Under the pieces are notes generated by a model. It worked only from the letters and a program-made list of their open reading frames with translations. It ran no database searches and was not told the origin of the DNA. A program made the position numbers and the translations under genes. From an uncultured Planifilum sp. (GTDB lineage: Bacteria > Bacillota > Bacilli > Thermoactinomycetales > DSM-44946), in assembly GCA_937983105.1 (NCBI GenBank), contig CALKAM010000031.1, positions 85,553-149,552 on the forward strand: a stretch of 64,000 bases of DNA. The letters are read 5' to 3'. Of the stretch, positions 10,924-22,438 are shown piece after piece; within the stretch, counting starts at the first letter, position 1, and the number at the start of each line of letters is the position of its first letter.

Positions 10924-11661
10924 CTACCTGCTTTCATTCAATGCTTCTTCAATCTGCTTCTTTAAGGCGGGATAATCGAACACGACATGTTGGTCCACCC
11001 GTTTCCCGTTGATAAAGAGAGCGGGAACCGAATCAACTCCCAGTTTGGCGGCGATCTTCTTATCCTCCTCCACCGCCTGCTTATGCGCCTGATCCTTCAA
11101 CTCCTTTTCCAACCGGGCGTGATCAATATCCGGCACTTCTTTTTTGGCCAACTCGACCAAAAAGGGGACCGTGGCCCACTGATCGGTCTCCAATCCCTGA
11201 TGGGCGTATACCGCCTCATAAAAAGACCAGAAGGCCTCGGGCTTTTGCCGGTATACCGCCTCTCCCGCCATGCTGGCCGTTTTGGAATCCTCCCCGAGAA
11301 GCGGATTGTCAATAAAGTACAGGCCCACCCGCTCCGTATCCAGAAAATCCCGCTTCAACTGCGGAAAGATCTCCTCGGCAAACCGTTTGCAAACCGGGCA
11401 CTTGTAGTCTCCAAATTCCACGATTTTGACTGGAGCGTCGGGATTTCCAATCACCGGCTGTTTTTCATAAGCGAAGACCTGGTGATCCACCGGTGTCGCC
11501 TGTTGCTCAGAAAGGGATGTCGTCAAAAAATACAGGCCGACGACCAATCCCAGTACGACCAGGGTCCCGAGCGTCAGATTCCGGATCCGGCGCTCCCTCG
11601 CCTTGGCCTGCTTCTTCAACGCCTGTTTTTGGCGGTTCTTTTTTTTCTTCGGTTTGGACAT
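10924..11661 (-). CDS. bdbD: Membrane-anchored DsbA-family thiol-disulfide oxidoreductase (BdbD-like)
   Basis: Basic N-terminus plus TM, IGNPDAPVKIVEFGDYKCPVC, cis-Pro SVPALFING; adjacent to bdbC. Likely ATG at 11661. Confidence 0.85.
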   Translation of the reverse strand: MSKPKKKKNRQKQALKKQAKARERRIRNLTLGTLVVLGLVVGLYFLTTSLSEQQATPVDHQVFAYEKQPVIGNPDAPVKIVEFGDYKCPVCKRFAEEIFPQLKRDFLDTERVGLYFIDNPLLGEDSKTASMAGEAVYRQKPEAFWSFYEAVYAHQGLETDQWATVPFLVELAKKEVPDIDHARLEKELKDQAHKQAVEEDKKIAAKLGVDSVPALFINGKRVDQHVVFDYPALKKQIEEALNESR

Positions 11662-11733
11662 GGTTACCCCCCTACGACCGTGGGAGCCGGAGGTGATCCC
11701 TTCCGACTCCCAAGTATTCACGGCCTCCCCCGA

Positions 11734-13008
11734 TCATCCGCTGAAGAACACCCTCATAATATCGTTGTAGGTGACCACCAGCATCAGCATCATGAGCAGC
11801 GCAAAGCCGACGAAATGGACCAGGCTCTCCTTGTTGGGATCCACCGGACGACCGCGAATCGCCTCAAAGACGATAAAGGCCAGACGGCTTCCATCCAGCG
11901 CAGGGATGGGCAACAGGTTAAACACTCCCAGGTAGAGGCTCAATAGCGCTGTCCAACGGATCAGCGGAATGTAACCCGCCTCGGCGGCCTGCCCGGTGAT
12001 CGAGGCGATCTGCACCGGCCCGCCCAGGCTTTCGATGCCAATCCGACCGGTGATCAACTGGCCAAATCCGTCAAAAATGCGCACCGTCCACTGATACGTT
12101 TCCTTAAATCCATTCGCAACGGCATCCGAAAAAGTGGCCTTTCGCATGTGGGGTTGGAGTTGCACATCGATCCAGTACATCTTGTGCTGCTCATTCCATT
12201 CCGGATGCACATCCAGCTCAAAGGTGGTTCCGGCCCGGCGAACCTCGAAGGTTAAAGGCTCGCCCTTGGATTCTTGGATGTTCATGGATACGGCTTCGGC
12301 GTTTTGGATCCGTTTCCCATCGATGGCAATGATCTCGTCGCCGGCCTTCAAACCCGCCTGCTCCGCCGGGGAATCGGGATTCACCTTGTGAATCGAAACC
12401 TTGGTCTCCACCCCGGTCATCAACGTCAGCACCCCGAACAGGATCATGCTCAGGATGATGTTGAAGACTGGGCCGGCCAGGATGGTCGATGCCCGTTGAC
12501 CGACGGACTTGGAACCAAACTGCCGATCCCGGGGAGCGATTTGCAGGACATTTTTTTCATCCCGTTGGATGACAGCCTGGGGATGAACGGAATAGCGCTT
12601 TTGCTGCCCCTCTTCATCCTCCAAGACGAGATACAAGTCCCTTTCCAAATCCAACTCCATCACTTTGCCGACAACCGCATCGCCCTTTGCGGGAGCATCC
12701 CCGAGATGAATCCGCACCAACCGGCCGCTTTCATCCCGCTCAGCGGTCACCTTTGATCCGGTCGGAATCTCCACCGTTTCGGGGTCCTCCCCGGCCATCC
12801 GGACAAACCCCCCCAAAGGGAGTACGCGGATCGAATACAAGGTTTCCCCTTTAAAGACGGAGAACAGCTTCGGCCCGAAGCCGATGGCAAACTCCCGTAC
12901 CAGAATGCCCGCCCGCTTGGCGAACAAAAAATGTCCCAGCTCGTGAATAAAGACGAGCACGCTCAATACCAGAATAAACGCCACGATGGTCAGCATGGAC
13001 AGGATCAC
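11734..13008 (-). CDS. rasP: RIP (site-2) metalloprotease RseP/RasP
   Basis: HELGH, PDZ region (DSPAEQAGLKAGD), NLLPIPALDG. Confidence 0.95.
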   Translation of the reverse strand: MILSMLTIVAFILVLSVLVFIHELGHFLFAKRAGILVREFAIGFGPKLFSVFKGETLYSIRVLPLGGFVRMAGEDPETVEIPTGSKVTAERDESGRLVRIHLGDAPAKGDAVVGKVMELDLERDLYLVLEDEEGQQKRYSVHPQAVIQRDEKNVLQIAPRDRQFGSKSVGQRASTILAGPVFNIILSMILFGVLTLMTGVETKVSIHKVNPDSPAEQAGLKAGDEIIAIDGKRIQNAEAVSMNIQESKGEPLTFEVRRAGTTFELDVHPEWNEQHKMYWIDVQLQPHMRKATFSDAVANGFKETYQWTVRIFDGFGQLITGRIGIESLGGPVQIASITGQAAEAGYIPLIRWTALLSLYLGVFNLLPIPALDGSRLAFIVFEAIRGRPVDPNKESLVHFVGFALLMMLMLVVTYNDIMRVFFSG

Positions 13009-13020
13009 CGCCTTCGTTGA

Positions 13021-14184
13021 TCAAACCGCCGATGGACTTACCGGACAAGCCTTCGCCTGCTCCCGGGCCCATCGATCCGCTTCCTCGATCGCTTCCAGCG
13101 TGGGGTTGGCAATGCAGTCGTGGGCAGAAAGGACCCGCTCGATCACCTCTTCGATGGCCAAAAAGGAAATCTCACCGGCCAAAAACCGCTCCACCGCCAC
13201 CTCGTTGGCGGCATTGAGCACCGCCGGCATGGTGCCCCCTGCCCGGCCCGCCTCATACGCCATTTTGAGACAGGGAAAGCGGGCGAAATCGGCCCGCCGA
13301 AAATGGAGCGCACCGAGGGCCACCAAATCGAGGGGCCGGGCGGTCAACGGCAGGCGTGCCGGATAACTTAAAGCGTATTGGATCGGCACCCGCATATCGG
13401 GCGTCCCCAATTGGGCCATCACGGCACCGTCCCGGAATTCCACCATGGAATGAACGATGCTTTCCGGATGGATCACTACGTCGATGCGATCATAGGGCAA
13501 ATCAAACAGCCAATGGGCCTCGATCACTTCCAAACCCTTGTTCATCATCGTGGCCGAATCGATGGTCACCTTCGCGCCCATCGACCAATTGGGGTGGGTG
13601 AGGGCCTGCTCCCGGGTAACGGATTCCAGCGCTTCCCGGGACAGGTCCCGAAACGCCCCGCCCGAGGCGGTCAAAATGATCCGCTGAACATCTCCCGGAC
13701 GCTCCCCGTTGAGACACTGAAAAATCGCCGAATGCTCACTATCGACGGGCAGAATCGAAACCCCCGCTTTTTCGGCCTCCCGCATCACGATCGCCCCGGC
13801 CATCACCAGGGTTTCCTTGTTGGCCAAACCGATGGTTTTCCCGGCGCGGATCGCCGCCAGGGTGGGGCGCAGCCCCCGGCTGCCCACAATCGCGGAAATC
13901 ACGGTGGACACTTCAGGGTGGGCGGCCACCTCCAGGGCCCCCTCCTCCCCGGAAACCACGCGGACCTCCTCTCCCACTTCACTGCGCACCTGCTCCGCCG
14001 CTTCCGGGGTGGCCATCGACACGATCCGGGGGGAAAACTCCCGGATTTGCCGCACCATTTCCCGGACGTTGCTGCCTGCAGCCAGTCCGATCACATCGAA
14101 GTGTTCGGGATGTTCCCGGACCACCGACAAAGTGTTTTGGCCGATGGAACCGGTCGAGCCGAGAACGGCAATCCGCTGCTTCAT
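13021..14184 (-). CDS. dxr: 1-deoxy-D-xylulose-5-phosphate reductoisomerase
   Basis: [43 protein letters not shown]. Confidence 0.98.
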   Translation of the reverse strand: MKQRIAVLGSTGSIGQNTLSVVREHPEHFDVIGLAAGSNVREMVRQIREFSPRIVSMATPEAAEQVRSEVGEEVRVVSGEEGALEVAAHPEVSTVISAIVGSRGLRPTLAAIRAGKTIGLANKETLVMAGAIVMREAEKAGVSILPVDSEHSAIFQCLNGERPGDVQRIILTASGGAFRDLSREALESVTREQALTHPNWSMGAKVTIDSATMMNKGLEVIEAHWLFDLPYDRIDVVIHPESIVHSMVEFRDGAVMAQLGTPDMRVPIQYALSYPARLPLTARPLDLVALGALHFRRADFARFPCLKMAYEAGRAGGTMPAVLNAANEVAVERFLAGEISFLAIEEVIERVLSAHDCIANPTLEAIEEADRWAREQAKACPVSPSAV

Positions 14185-14196
14185 ATATTGTTCCCC

Positions 14197-14982
14197 CTAT
14201 ACAACCCGAAAGAGATGGATGATGAAAAACGCAAACAGCAAACTGTCAAACCGATCCAACACGCCACCGTGACCGGGCAGCAATCCTCCGGAATCCTTCA
14301 CTCCGGTGGTCCGCTTAATGGCCGACTCAACCAAGTCGCCCAACTGGCCGGCCACGGCGATCAACAGGATGAACCCCAGCGCTGCCAACCGATCCAAGGA
14401 CGGGATGGTCGAAGCGATCGGGAGGCCGATGATCACCGCGAGGATCAGACCACCTGCCGATCCCTCCACGGTCTTGTTCGGGCTGATCGCCGGCCACAAT
14501 TTTCGCCTTCCGAATTTCCTCCCCACAAAATAGGCCCCGGTATCTCCTGCCCAGATCACTCCAAGGACCAACAGAGACCACAGCAACCCGTCCGTCATCC
14601 ACCTCAACTGTATCATGTAGGAAAAACCGAAACCTATGTATATGGCGCCGATAAAAAGGTAACTCACCCGATAAATATCCAGGCGGTTGCGGCTGAGAAC
14701 CATCAGCAGAAAAAAAACAATCAAGCCGGTGAGAACGACTGTCTGTCCAAGGGAGTCGATCGCCTTTCCCTCATACACCACGCCGAAAAGCAAAAGCCAC
14801 ACCATCAGGAAGCCGGGCAGCGCCCACCCGCTTCGCCATGCGATCCTTCCCATTCGACAGTATTCCATATAACCCAGGGTCGCCAACAGAACAACCAAAC
14901 CTGCGTACCATCCACCGCCCAGCCACAACAGGATCAGAAAACCGGCGGCCCCGAGCCCTCCTGTGATAATCCGTTGCCTCAT
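14197..14982 (-). CDS. cdsA: Phosphatidate cytidylyltransferase
   Basis: ISPNKTVEG, GDLVESAIKR..GVKDSG.LLPGHGGVLDRFDS. Confidence 0.97.
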   Translation of the reverse strand: MRQRIITGGLGAAGFLILLWLGGGWYAGLVVLLATLGYMEYCRMGRIAWRSGWALPGFLMVWLLLFGVVYEGKAIDSLGQTVVLTGLIVFFLLMVLSRNRLDIYRVSYLFIGAIYIGFGFSYMIQLRWMTDGLLWSLLVLGVIWAGDTGAYFVGRKFGRRKLWPAISPNKTVEGSAGGLILAVIIGLPIASTIPSLDRLAALGFILLIAVAGQLGDLVESAIKRTTGVKDSGGLLPGHGGVLDRFDSLLFAFFIIHLFRVV

Positions 14983-15000
14983 CCACCGACTCTCCAGTCT

Positions 15001-15783
15001 TTACACCGCTCCGAAGCGACGGGAACGATGCTGGTAATCTTCGATGGCTTGAAAAAAATGGTTGCGTCTGAAATCAGGCCAGGAAATATCGGTAAACCAC
15101 AATTCGCTATACGCCATTTGCCACAGCATGAAATTGCTGACCCGGATTTCACCGCTGGTGCGAATGACCAGATCGGGATCCGGCAGTCCCGCCGTGTACA
15201 GGCATCGATTCATGACCGCTTCATCGATCGCATCCTTATCCACTTTTCCGGATTGGACTTCTTCGACAATCTGACGCACGGCCCGGAGGATTTCGTCTCG
15301 CGATCCGTAATTGAGGGCAAAATTGAGGATCAATCCCGAATTGTCCCGGGTCGCTTCCTGAAACCGACGAATCGCCGACAGGGTGTGCGCCGGCAGTTGC
15401 GTTTCATCTCCGATCATCCGCACCTGAACATTGCGTCGGACCAACTCATCCAGTTCCGTGCGCAGAAACTCCTCGGGCAGCTTCATCAAATAATCGACTT
15501 CTTCCCGGGGACGCTTCCAATTTTCCGTGGAAAAAGAATATAGCGTCAACACCTCAATGCCCAATTCATCGGCGGCCCGGGCAATCTCCCGAACGGTCTT
15601 CATGCCCTCCCGGTGGCCGGCCACCCGGGGAAGGCCCCGTTTCTTGGCCCACCGCCCGTTTCCGTCCATGATTATCGCCACATGGCGTGGGATCGGGCCG
15701 CTTCGCACCCTGGAAAGCAGAGACTCCTCATCCAACGCCTCCGACCCGGCAAACCAGCTTTTCAGAAATCGGATCATGCCCAT
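15001..15783 (-). CDS. uppS: Isoprenyl transferase (undecaprenyl diphosphate synthase)
   Basis: HVAIIMDGNGRWA, FSTENWKRP, PDLVIRTSGE.RVSNF. Confidence 0.97.
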   Translation of the reverse strand: MGMIRFLKSWFAGSEALDEESLLSRVRSGPIPRHVAIIMDGNGRWAKKRGLPRVAGHREGMKTVREIARAADELGIEVLTLYSFSTENWKRPREEVDYLMKLPEEFLRTELDELVRRNVQVRMIGDETQLPAHTLSAIRRFQEATRDNSGLILNFALNYGSRDEILRAVRQIVEEVQSGKVDKDAIDEAVMNRCLYTAGLPDPDLVIRTSGEIRVSNFMLWQMAYSELWFTDISWPDFRRNHFFQAIEDYQHRSRRFGAV

Positions 15784-15885
15784 TCCTCCGCAGTATTCCT
15801 CCGGCCATCCATTCTAAGTATATAACAAAAGCCGTTTGATAGAAATGAATCCCCCTGTATCGGGGGATGTCGGGAGATATCCCCG

Positions 15886-16442
15886 TCAGACTTCCATAAT
15901 CTCTTTTTCCTTCGCTCCGATCACCTCGTCCACTTTTTGGATATAACCGTCCGTCAATTTTTGGATCTCATCCTGACCGCGCCGAACCTCGTCCTCGGAG
16001 ATCTCGCCGTTTTTCCCCAATTTCTTGATCTCCTCATTGGCATCCCGCCGGATGTTGCGAATGGCCACCTTCGAATCTTCGCCGCTCTTTTTCACCACTT
16101 TGACGAGCTCCGCCCGACGTTCCTCCGTCAGCGCCGGGATGGTAATCCGGATCACATTTCCGTCATTGGTCGGGGTGAGCCCCAATTCCGATTTCAAAAT
16201 GGCCCGTTCGATTTCAGTCAAGGCGGACTTATCCCAGGGCTGAATCACAAGCAGGCGCGGCTCCGGAGCGGAAATGCTGGCCAACTGGTTAACGGGCATC
16301 TCGCTTCCGTAATAGGAAACCGTCACCTTCTCCAGGAGAGCGGGTGTGGCCCGACCGGCGCGCAGGCTGGCCAAATCCTTCTTCAAAACCTGAATCGCCT
16401 TCTCCATTTTTTCAGCGGATTGCTTTTTGATGTTCTCCAACA

Positions 16443-16443
<1 letters not shown>
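15886..16443 (-). CDS. frr: Ribosome recycling factor
   Basis: [32 protein letters not shown] at 16443 overlaps the pyrH stop. Confidence 0.97.
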
Positions 16444-17204
<761 letters not shown>

Positions 17205-17217
17205 TCACCCCTCATCC

Positions 17218-17245
17218 AAAAAAAGGGAACACAGGGTGTTCCCTT
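17218..17245 (-). terminator. Rho-independent terminator after tsf
   Basis: AAGGGAACAC-agg-GTGTTCCCTT stem plus a T-run on the minus strand. Confidence 0.7.
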
Positions 17246-17254
17246 GGCGCCTCC

Positions 17255-17905
17255 TCAGTTCTTGACCTGCGAATAGACTTCCTCGGCAAAATTGGTTTCC
17301 TTCTTCTCGATGCCTTCACCCAGCTCAAAGCGAACAAAGCGCCGGATCGCCATGTTCTCTCCGATGCGCGCGATCATTTCCTTAACCATTTGCTCGATGG
17401 TTTTGTCCCCGTCTTTAATAAACGGTTGCTCCAGGAGACAGACTTCCTTGAAGTATTTCTCCAGTCTGCCCTCCACGATCTTCTCAACGATGTGCTCCGG
17501 CTTGCCCTCTTTCAGTGCCTGAGCGCGCAGGATCTCCCGCTCCTTCTCCACTTCTTCTGCCGGAATCTCATCCCGCTTCACATACTTGGGATTCATGGCA
17601 GCGATCTGCATGGCAATGTCGCGCACAAAGGAGCGGAATTCCTCGGTCTTGGCCACAAAATCCGTTTCACAGTTCACTTCGACCAGAACCCCGATCCGTC
17701 CTCCGGAGTGTATGTAGGATTCCACCAAACCTTCAGCGGCAACGCGTCCCGCTTTTTTCGCCGCAGCGGCCAAGCCCTTTTCACGCAAAATCTCCATCGC
17801 TTTATCCATATCACCGTTAGCTTCGGTGAGGGCCTTTTTGCAATCCATCATTCCCGCACCGGTTTTTTCACGCAATTCCTTTACCTGAGCAGCCGATATC
17901 GCCAT
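17255..17905 (-). CDS. tsf: Elongation factor Ts (short, 216-aa type)
   Basis: [30 protein letters not shown]; lacks the second internal repeat of the long form. Confidence 0.98.
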   Translation of the reverse strand: MAISAAQVKELREKTGAGMMDCKKALTEANGDMDKAMEILREKGLAAAAKKAGRVAAEGLVESYIHSGGRIGVLVEVNCETDFVAKTEEFRSFVRDIAMQIAAMNPKYVKRDEIPAEEVEKEREILRAQALKEGKPEHIVEKIVEGRLEKYFKEVCLLEQPFIKDGDKTIEQMVKEMIARIGENMAIRRFVRFELGEGIEKKETNFAEEVYSQVKN

Positions 17906-18036
17906 TTTTTATGATCCTCCTTGTTTGCTTCAGATGACTCCGGTCTCCTTCCACGCCCCCATCCGGGGTGATCGCCGAAGGGTTGTATAAAAAAGGGGGG
18001 TGAGGTTCATCCCCAAACCCACCCTTTTACGCAAGA

Positions 18037-18735
18037 TCAGGAAGCGCTTTGCTCTCCCTGTTTCCCTTCCAGAACCGCATCCGCCATTTTGGACGTGAAC
18101 AAGCGAACCGCCCGGATGGCGTCATCGTTGCCGGGAATGATGTAATCCACTTCGTCCGGGTCGCAGTTCGTATCGACAATGGCGATAATGGGGATTCCCA
18201 ACCTCCGGGCCTCGGCGACCGCGATCCGCTCCTTCCTCGGGTCAATGATGAAGACTGCATCGGGCAGCTCCTTCATCTCCTTGATACCTCCGAGGAATTT
18301 TTCCAACCGCGCGTGTTCTTTGCGGAGGAGAACCACTTCCTTCTTGGGGAGCACATCGAAGGTTCCGTCCTCTTCCATCCGCTTCAGATCGTGCAACCGT
18401 TCAATCCGCGTGCGGATGGTCTGGAAGTTGGTCAAGGTGCCTCCCAGCCAGCGGTGGTTCACATAAAACATTCCGCAACGCTCTGCTTCCTCGCGGACCG
18501 CATCCTGAGCCTGTTTCTTGGTCCCCACGAAGAGCAGGGTTCCGCCTCGGGAGGCCAGATCGCGAACGTAGTTGTAGGCCTCCTCCATCATTTTCACCGT
18601 TTTCTGCAGATCGATGATATAAATCCCGTTCCGCTCGGTGAAAATGTATTTTTCCATCTTGGGGTTCCAACGGCGCGTTTGATGTCCGAAATGGACCCCC
18701 GCCTCCAGCAACTGCTTCATTGAAACGACTGCCAT
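18037..18735 (-). CDS. rpsB: 30S ribosomal protein S2
   Basis: [36 protein letters not shown]. Start is either 18735 or 18747. Confidence 0.98.
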   Translation of the reverse strand: MAVVSMKQLLEAGVHFGHQTRRWNPKMEKYIFTERNGIYIIDLQKTVKMMEEAYNYVRDLASRGGTLLFVGTKKQAQDAVREEAERCGMFYVNHRWLGGTLTNFQTIRTRIERLHDLKRMEEDGTFDVLPKKEVVLLRKEHARLEKFLGGIKEMKELPDAVFIIDPRKERIAVAEARRLGIPIIAIVDTNCDPDEVDYIIPGNDDAIRAVRLFTSKMADAVLEGKQGEQSAS

Positions 18736-18749
18736 AGACCCATTCATCC

Positions 18750-18840
18750 TCTCTGGTTATTTCCTCCGTCGGCATCATCACGAACGGGATCGCCTGCGCG
18801 ACACCGCCCGCCCACCTCCGCCGACGTGTGTGCTGACACC
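18750..18840 (-). ncRNA. rpsB leader (t44/S2 autoregulatory RNA-like)
   Basis: The leader begins GCACACACGTCGGC; its CGTCGGC pairs with GCCGACG just before GGAGG. An extended -10 (TGgTATATT) lies immediately upstream. The CACACAC start resembles t44 leaders as I recall them. Confidence 0.6.
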
Positions 18841-18980
18841 GTTCATTAATATACCACAGGAAAAACCGCTTCCGCAACGATTCCCCCATCAATTTTTTCA
18901 GTTTGGACATGGCTTTTAGATTTATAACCACCGAGAAAAATGCCGGGAGCACCCTTGCTCGAGGGACTTTCCCCCCGCCT

Positions 18981-20393
18981 TTATAAGATATATTGGCTCA
19001 TGTCCCGATCCCGCGCGATGTCGCCCAGCCGTTCCTGAACATACTGGGGAGTGATCACGATCTCCTTCAGATGGATGTCCGGCGCTTCAAAGGAGAGCTC
19101 CTCCAACAACCTCTCCAGGATCGTGTGCAGCCTTCGGGCGCCGATGTTTTCCGTGCCCTGGTTCACCTCGGCGGCCAGACGGGCGATCTCGCGGATGGCA
19201 TCCTCGGTGAACTTCACTTCGATGCCCTCGGTTCGAAGCAGCTCCGTATACTGCTTGATCAGCGCTCCCTTGGGTTCCGTCAGGATGCGGAAAAAATCGT
19301 CGGCGGTCAAGTCGTCCAATTCCACCCGGATCGGGAATCGACCCTGGAGCTCGGGAATCAGGTCCGAGGGTTTGGCGATGTGGAAAGCGCCTGCCGCGAT
19401 GAAGAGAATGTGGTCCGTCTTTACCGGACCGTACTTGGTCATCACCGTCGAACCCTCGACGATGGGTAGAATATCCCGCTGCACCCCTTCCCGGGAGACA
19501 TCGGGGCCGCCTCGCTGATCCTTGCCGGCGATTTTATCCACCTCGTCGATAAAGATGATCCCCGATTGCTCCACCCGCTGAATCGATTCCTGGGTCACCT
19601 GATCCATGTCGATCAACTTTTGACCCTCTTCCTGGATCAACACCTTCCGGGCTTCCCGGATGGGCAGGCGGCGCTTCTTCGTCCGCTTCGGAAGGAACTG
19701 TCCCAACATCTCCTGCATGTTGATGCCCATCTGTTCCATTCCGGAACCGGCAAACATGTCAAACATCGGGACCTGGTCCTCCACCTCGATTTCGATGATC
19801 TCCTCCTCCAGCTCGCCCCTTTTCAGCTGTTCCCGCACCTGTCTTCTGCGCTCCTGGACCCCCGTCTCGTCGGCTCCGACATCCTGGGCCCGATGGGCGT
19901 GACCGGACTGATTCAAGAACATCTCCAGCGGATTTTTAAAGCCGCCGGATTTTCGGGAGGGAACCAGGATGGAAACAATCCGCTCGTCGGCCAATTGAGC
20001 CGCCTTATCCTTCACCCTTTCCAATTGTTCCGCCTTGACAATCCGGACGGCGGTTTCCACCAGGTCCCGGACCATCGACTCCACATCCCGGCCCACGTAA
20101 CCCACTTCGGTAAATTTGGTGGCTTCCACCTTGACAAAGGGGGCACCGACCAACTTCGCCAAGCGTCGTGCGATTTCGGTCTTTCCCACGCCGGTGGGAC
20201 CGATCATCAAAATGTTTTTGGGCACCACCTCGTCCCGCAGCTCCTCCGGCAGCAAAGTCCGGCGATACCGGTTGCGCAGGGCGATGGCCACCGCCCGTTT
20301 GGCCGCCTGCTGGCCGACGATGTACTTATCCAATTCAGCGACAATCTGGCGTGGCGTCATCTGTTCTTGTCGGCGAATCGATCCCCCGTTCAC
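18981..20393 (-). CDS. hslU: ATP-dependent protease ATPase subunit HslU/ClpY
   Basis: [44 protein letters not shown]. Confidence 0.98.
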   Translation of the reverse strand: MNGGSIRRQEQMTPRQIVAELDKYIVGQQAAKRAVAIALRNRYRRTLLPEELRDEVVPKNILMIGPTGVGKTEIARRLAKLVGAPFVKVEATKFTEVGYVGRDVESMVRDLVETAVRIVKAEQLERVKDKAAQLADERIVSILVPSRKSGGFKNPLEMFLNQSGHAHRAQDVGADETGVQERRRQVREQLKRGELEEEIIEIEVEDQVPMFDMFAGSGMEQMGINMQEMLGQFLPKRTKKRRLPIREARKVLIQEEGQKLIDMDQVTQESIQRVEQSGIIFIDEVDKIAGKDQRGGPDVSREGVQRDILPIVEGSTVMTKYGPVKTDHILFIAAGAFHIAKPSDLIPELQGRFPIRVELDDLTADDFFRILTEPKGALIKQYTELLRTEGIEVKFTEDAIREIARLAAEVNQGTENIGARRLHTILERLLEELSFEAPDIHLKEIVITPQYVQERLGDIARDRDMSQYIL

Positions 20394-20395
20394 CG

Positions 20396-20935
20396 CTATA
20401 CCTCCTCAACGACGATTTGCTGATTGGTAAACACACAAATCTCTCCGGCGATCTTCAGCGCCGCTTCCGCAATTTCCCGGGCACTCATCTCCGGCGCATG
20501 CCTTTTCAAGGCCCGGCCGGCGGCCAGCGCGTATCCCCCTCCGGAGCCGATCGCCAACATCTGATCATCCGGCTCGATCACCTCACCGGTCCCTGACACC
20601 AACAGCAGACGCTCTGCATCCATGACGATCAGCATCGCTTCCAGACGCCGCAATACCTTATCCGCTCGCCATTCCTTGGCCAACTCGACGGCCGCCCGGG
20701 TCAAATTGCCGTGGAACTCCTCCAGTTTCCCTTCGAACTTCTCGAAGAGCGTCATGGCATCGGCCACCGACCCGGCAAAGCCGGCGACCACTTTGCCGTG
20801 GTACAACCTGCGAACTTTTTTCGCCCGGTGTTTCATCACCATTTGATTGCCGAAGGTGACCTGGCCGTCTCCGACGATCGCTCCCGCTCCCTTGTGCCGA
20901 ATGGCAAAGATGGTCGTCCCGCGAAATCCCTCCAC
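20396..20935 (-). CDS. hslV: ATP-dependent protease subunit HslV/ClpQ
   Basis: [32 protein letters not shown]. Confidence 0.97.
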   Translation of the reverse strand: MEGFRGTTIFAIRHKGAGAIVGDGQVTFGNQMVMKHRAKKVRRLYHGKVVAGFAGSVADAMTLFEKFEGKLEEFHGNLTRAAVELAKEWRADKVLRRLEAMLIVMDAERLLLVSGTGEVIEPDDQMLAIGSGGGYALAAGRALKRHAPEMSAREIAEAALKIAGEICVFTNQQIVVEEV

Positions 20936-21105
20936 CTGAAATCCCCCTTTGTTCGCCCGGATTCACCCATCTTCGTTTGCAGGAAAAAGGAAAAGCCGAT
21001 TCTTTCACCGTAAAAGAAAGAGCAGCACGATCGACGGCTGCTGCTTCGCATAATCATCGTATTTCATGCCGTTGCCGCATTCATCTTAGCACACCATCGA
21101 TTTGA

Positions 21106-22425
21106 TTAGCAAGGCAAAGGTTGCAGCTCTCGGGAGAGATCCTGAATGTTGTTCAAGGCCCTCTCAGCAAATTGGCGGTTTCGCTCCTCCCGGGAGCGGA
21201 TCCGCTTCGGCAACGGAGGAAAGAGGCCAAAATTGGCGTTCATGGGCTGAAAATGTTTCGGATCGGCGGTGGTGATATACCGGGCCAGACTGCCCATCGC
21301 CGTCTCCGGCGGAAAGACCACCGGCTCCTTTCCCACCGCCAAGCGGGCGGCGTTGATTCCGGCGATCAATCCGGAGGCGGCGGATTCCACATAGCCTTCC
21401 ACGCCGGTAATCTGGCCGGCGAAGAACAGGTCCATCCGTCGGATCAACTGGTAGGTCGGGCGCAGCAGTCGGGGAGAATTGATGAAGGTGTTCCGGTGCA
21501 TGACCCCGTACCGGACAATTTCCGCCTGCTCCAGCCCGGGGATCATCCGGATCACCCGCCTCTGTTCCCCCCATTTGAGGTGCGTCTGAAAACCGACGAG
21601 ATTGTACAGGGTTCCGGCGCTGTTATCCTGACGCAATTGCACCACGGCATAGGGACGCTTCCCGGTTCGCGGGTCCGTGAGGCCCACCGGCTTCATCGGA
21701 CCGAACAGGATCGTTTTCTTCCCGCGCCGGGCCATCACTTCGATGGGCATGCACCCTTCAAAATACATCTCCTTCTCAAACTCCTTGAGGGGTGCCTGCT
21801 CGGCGGAGATGAGCGCTTCATAGAACCGGTCAAACTCTTCCTGCGTCATCGGACAGTTGATGTAGGCCGACTCCCCCTTTCCGTAGCGGGAGGCGACAAA
21901 CACCTTATCCATGTCGATGCTGTCCCTTTCCACGATGGGGGCCGCCGCATCGTAAAAGTACAGGTACTCTTCACCGGTCAGGCGGCGGATCTTTTCCGAC
22001 AGGGCCGGAGATGTGAGGGGGCCGGTGGCGATCACGACGATGCCCTCGGGAATCTCCGTCACTTCCTCATGATGGATCTCCACATTGGGGAGCTGTTTCA
22101 GCGCATCCGTGACGGCGGCGGAAAACCCTTCCCGATCCACCGCCAGCGCTCCCCCTGCAGGCACCTCGTGGGCGTCGGCGCACCGCATGATCAGCGAATC
22201 CATCCGTCGCATCTCTTCCTTTAAAATCCCCACCGCGTTGGTCAGGGCTTTGGCCCGGAGGGAATTGCTGCAGACCAGCTCGGCGAACCGGCCCGTCCGG
22301 TGAGCCGGGGTCTGTTTCACCGGGCGCATCTCGACGAGGCGGACCGGAACCCCGCGTCGGGCGATCTGCCATGCCGCCTCGCTGCCGGCCAAGCCGGCTC
22401 CGATCACTGTCACCGTCTGTGGCAT
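21106..22425 (-). CDS. trmFO: FAD/folate-dependent tRNA (uracil-54) methyltransferase TrmFO
   Basis: [37 protein letters not shown]. Confidence 0.97.
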   Translation of the reverse strand: MPQTVTVIGAGLAGSEAAWQIARRGVPVRLVEMRPVKQTPAHRTGRFAELVCSNSLRAKALTNAVGILKEEMRRMDSLIMRCADAHEVPAGGALAVDREGFSAAVTDALKQLPNVEIHHEEVTEIPEGIVVIATGPLTSPALSEKIRRLTGEEYLYFYDAAAPIVERDSIDMDKVFVASRYGKGESAYINCPMTQEEFDRFYEALISAEQAPLKEFEKEMYFEGCMPIEVMARRGKKTILFGPMKPVGLTDPRTGKRPYAVVQLRQDNSAGTLYNLVGFQTHLKWGEQRRVIRMIPGLEQAEIVRYGVMHRNTFINSPRLLRPTYQLIRRMDLFFAGQITGVEGYVESAASGLIAGINAARLAVGKEPVVFPPETAMGSLARYITTADPKHFQPMNANFGLFPPLPKRIRSREERNRQFAERALNNIQDLSRELQPLPC

Positions 22426-22438
22426 TCATGTCACCTCC

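Noticed and set aside
17255-17905. Apparently truncated EF-Ts
   Set aside because: The short form is a known natural variant (e.g. Thermus, many clostridia); start, stop and terminator are intact.
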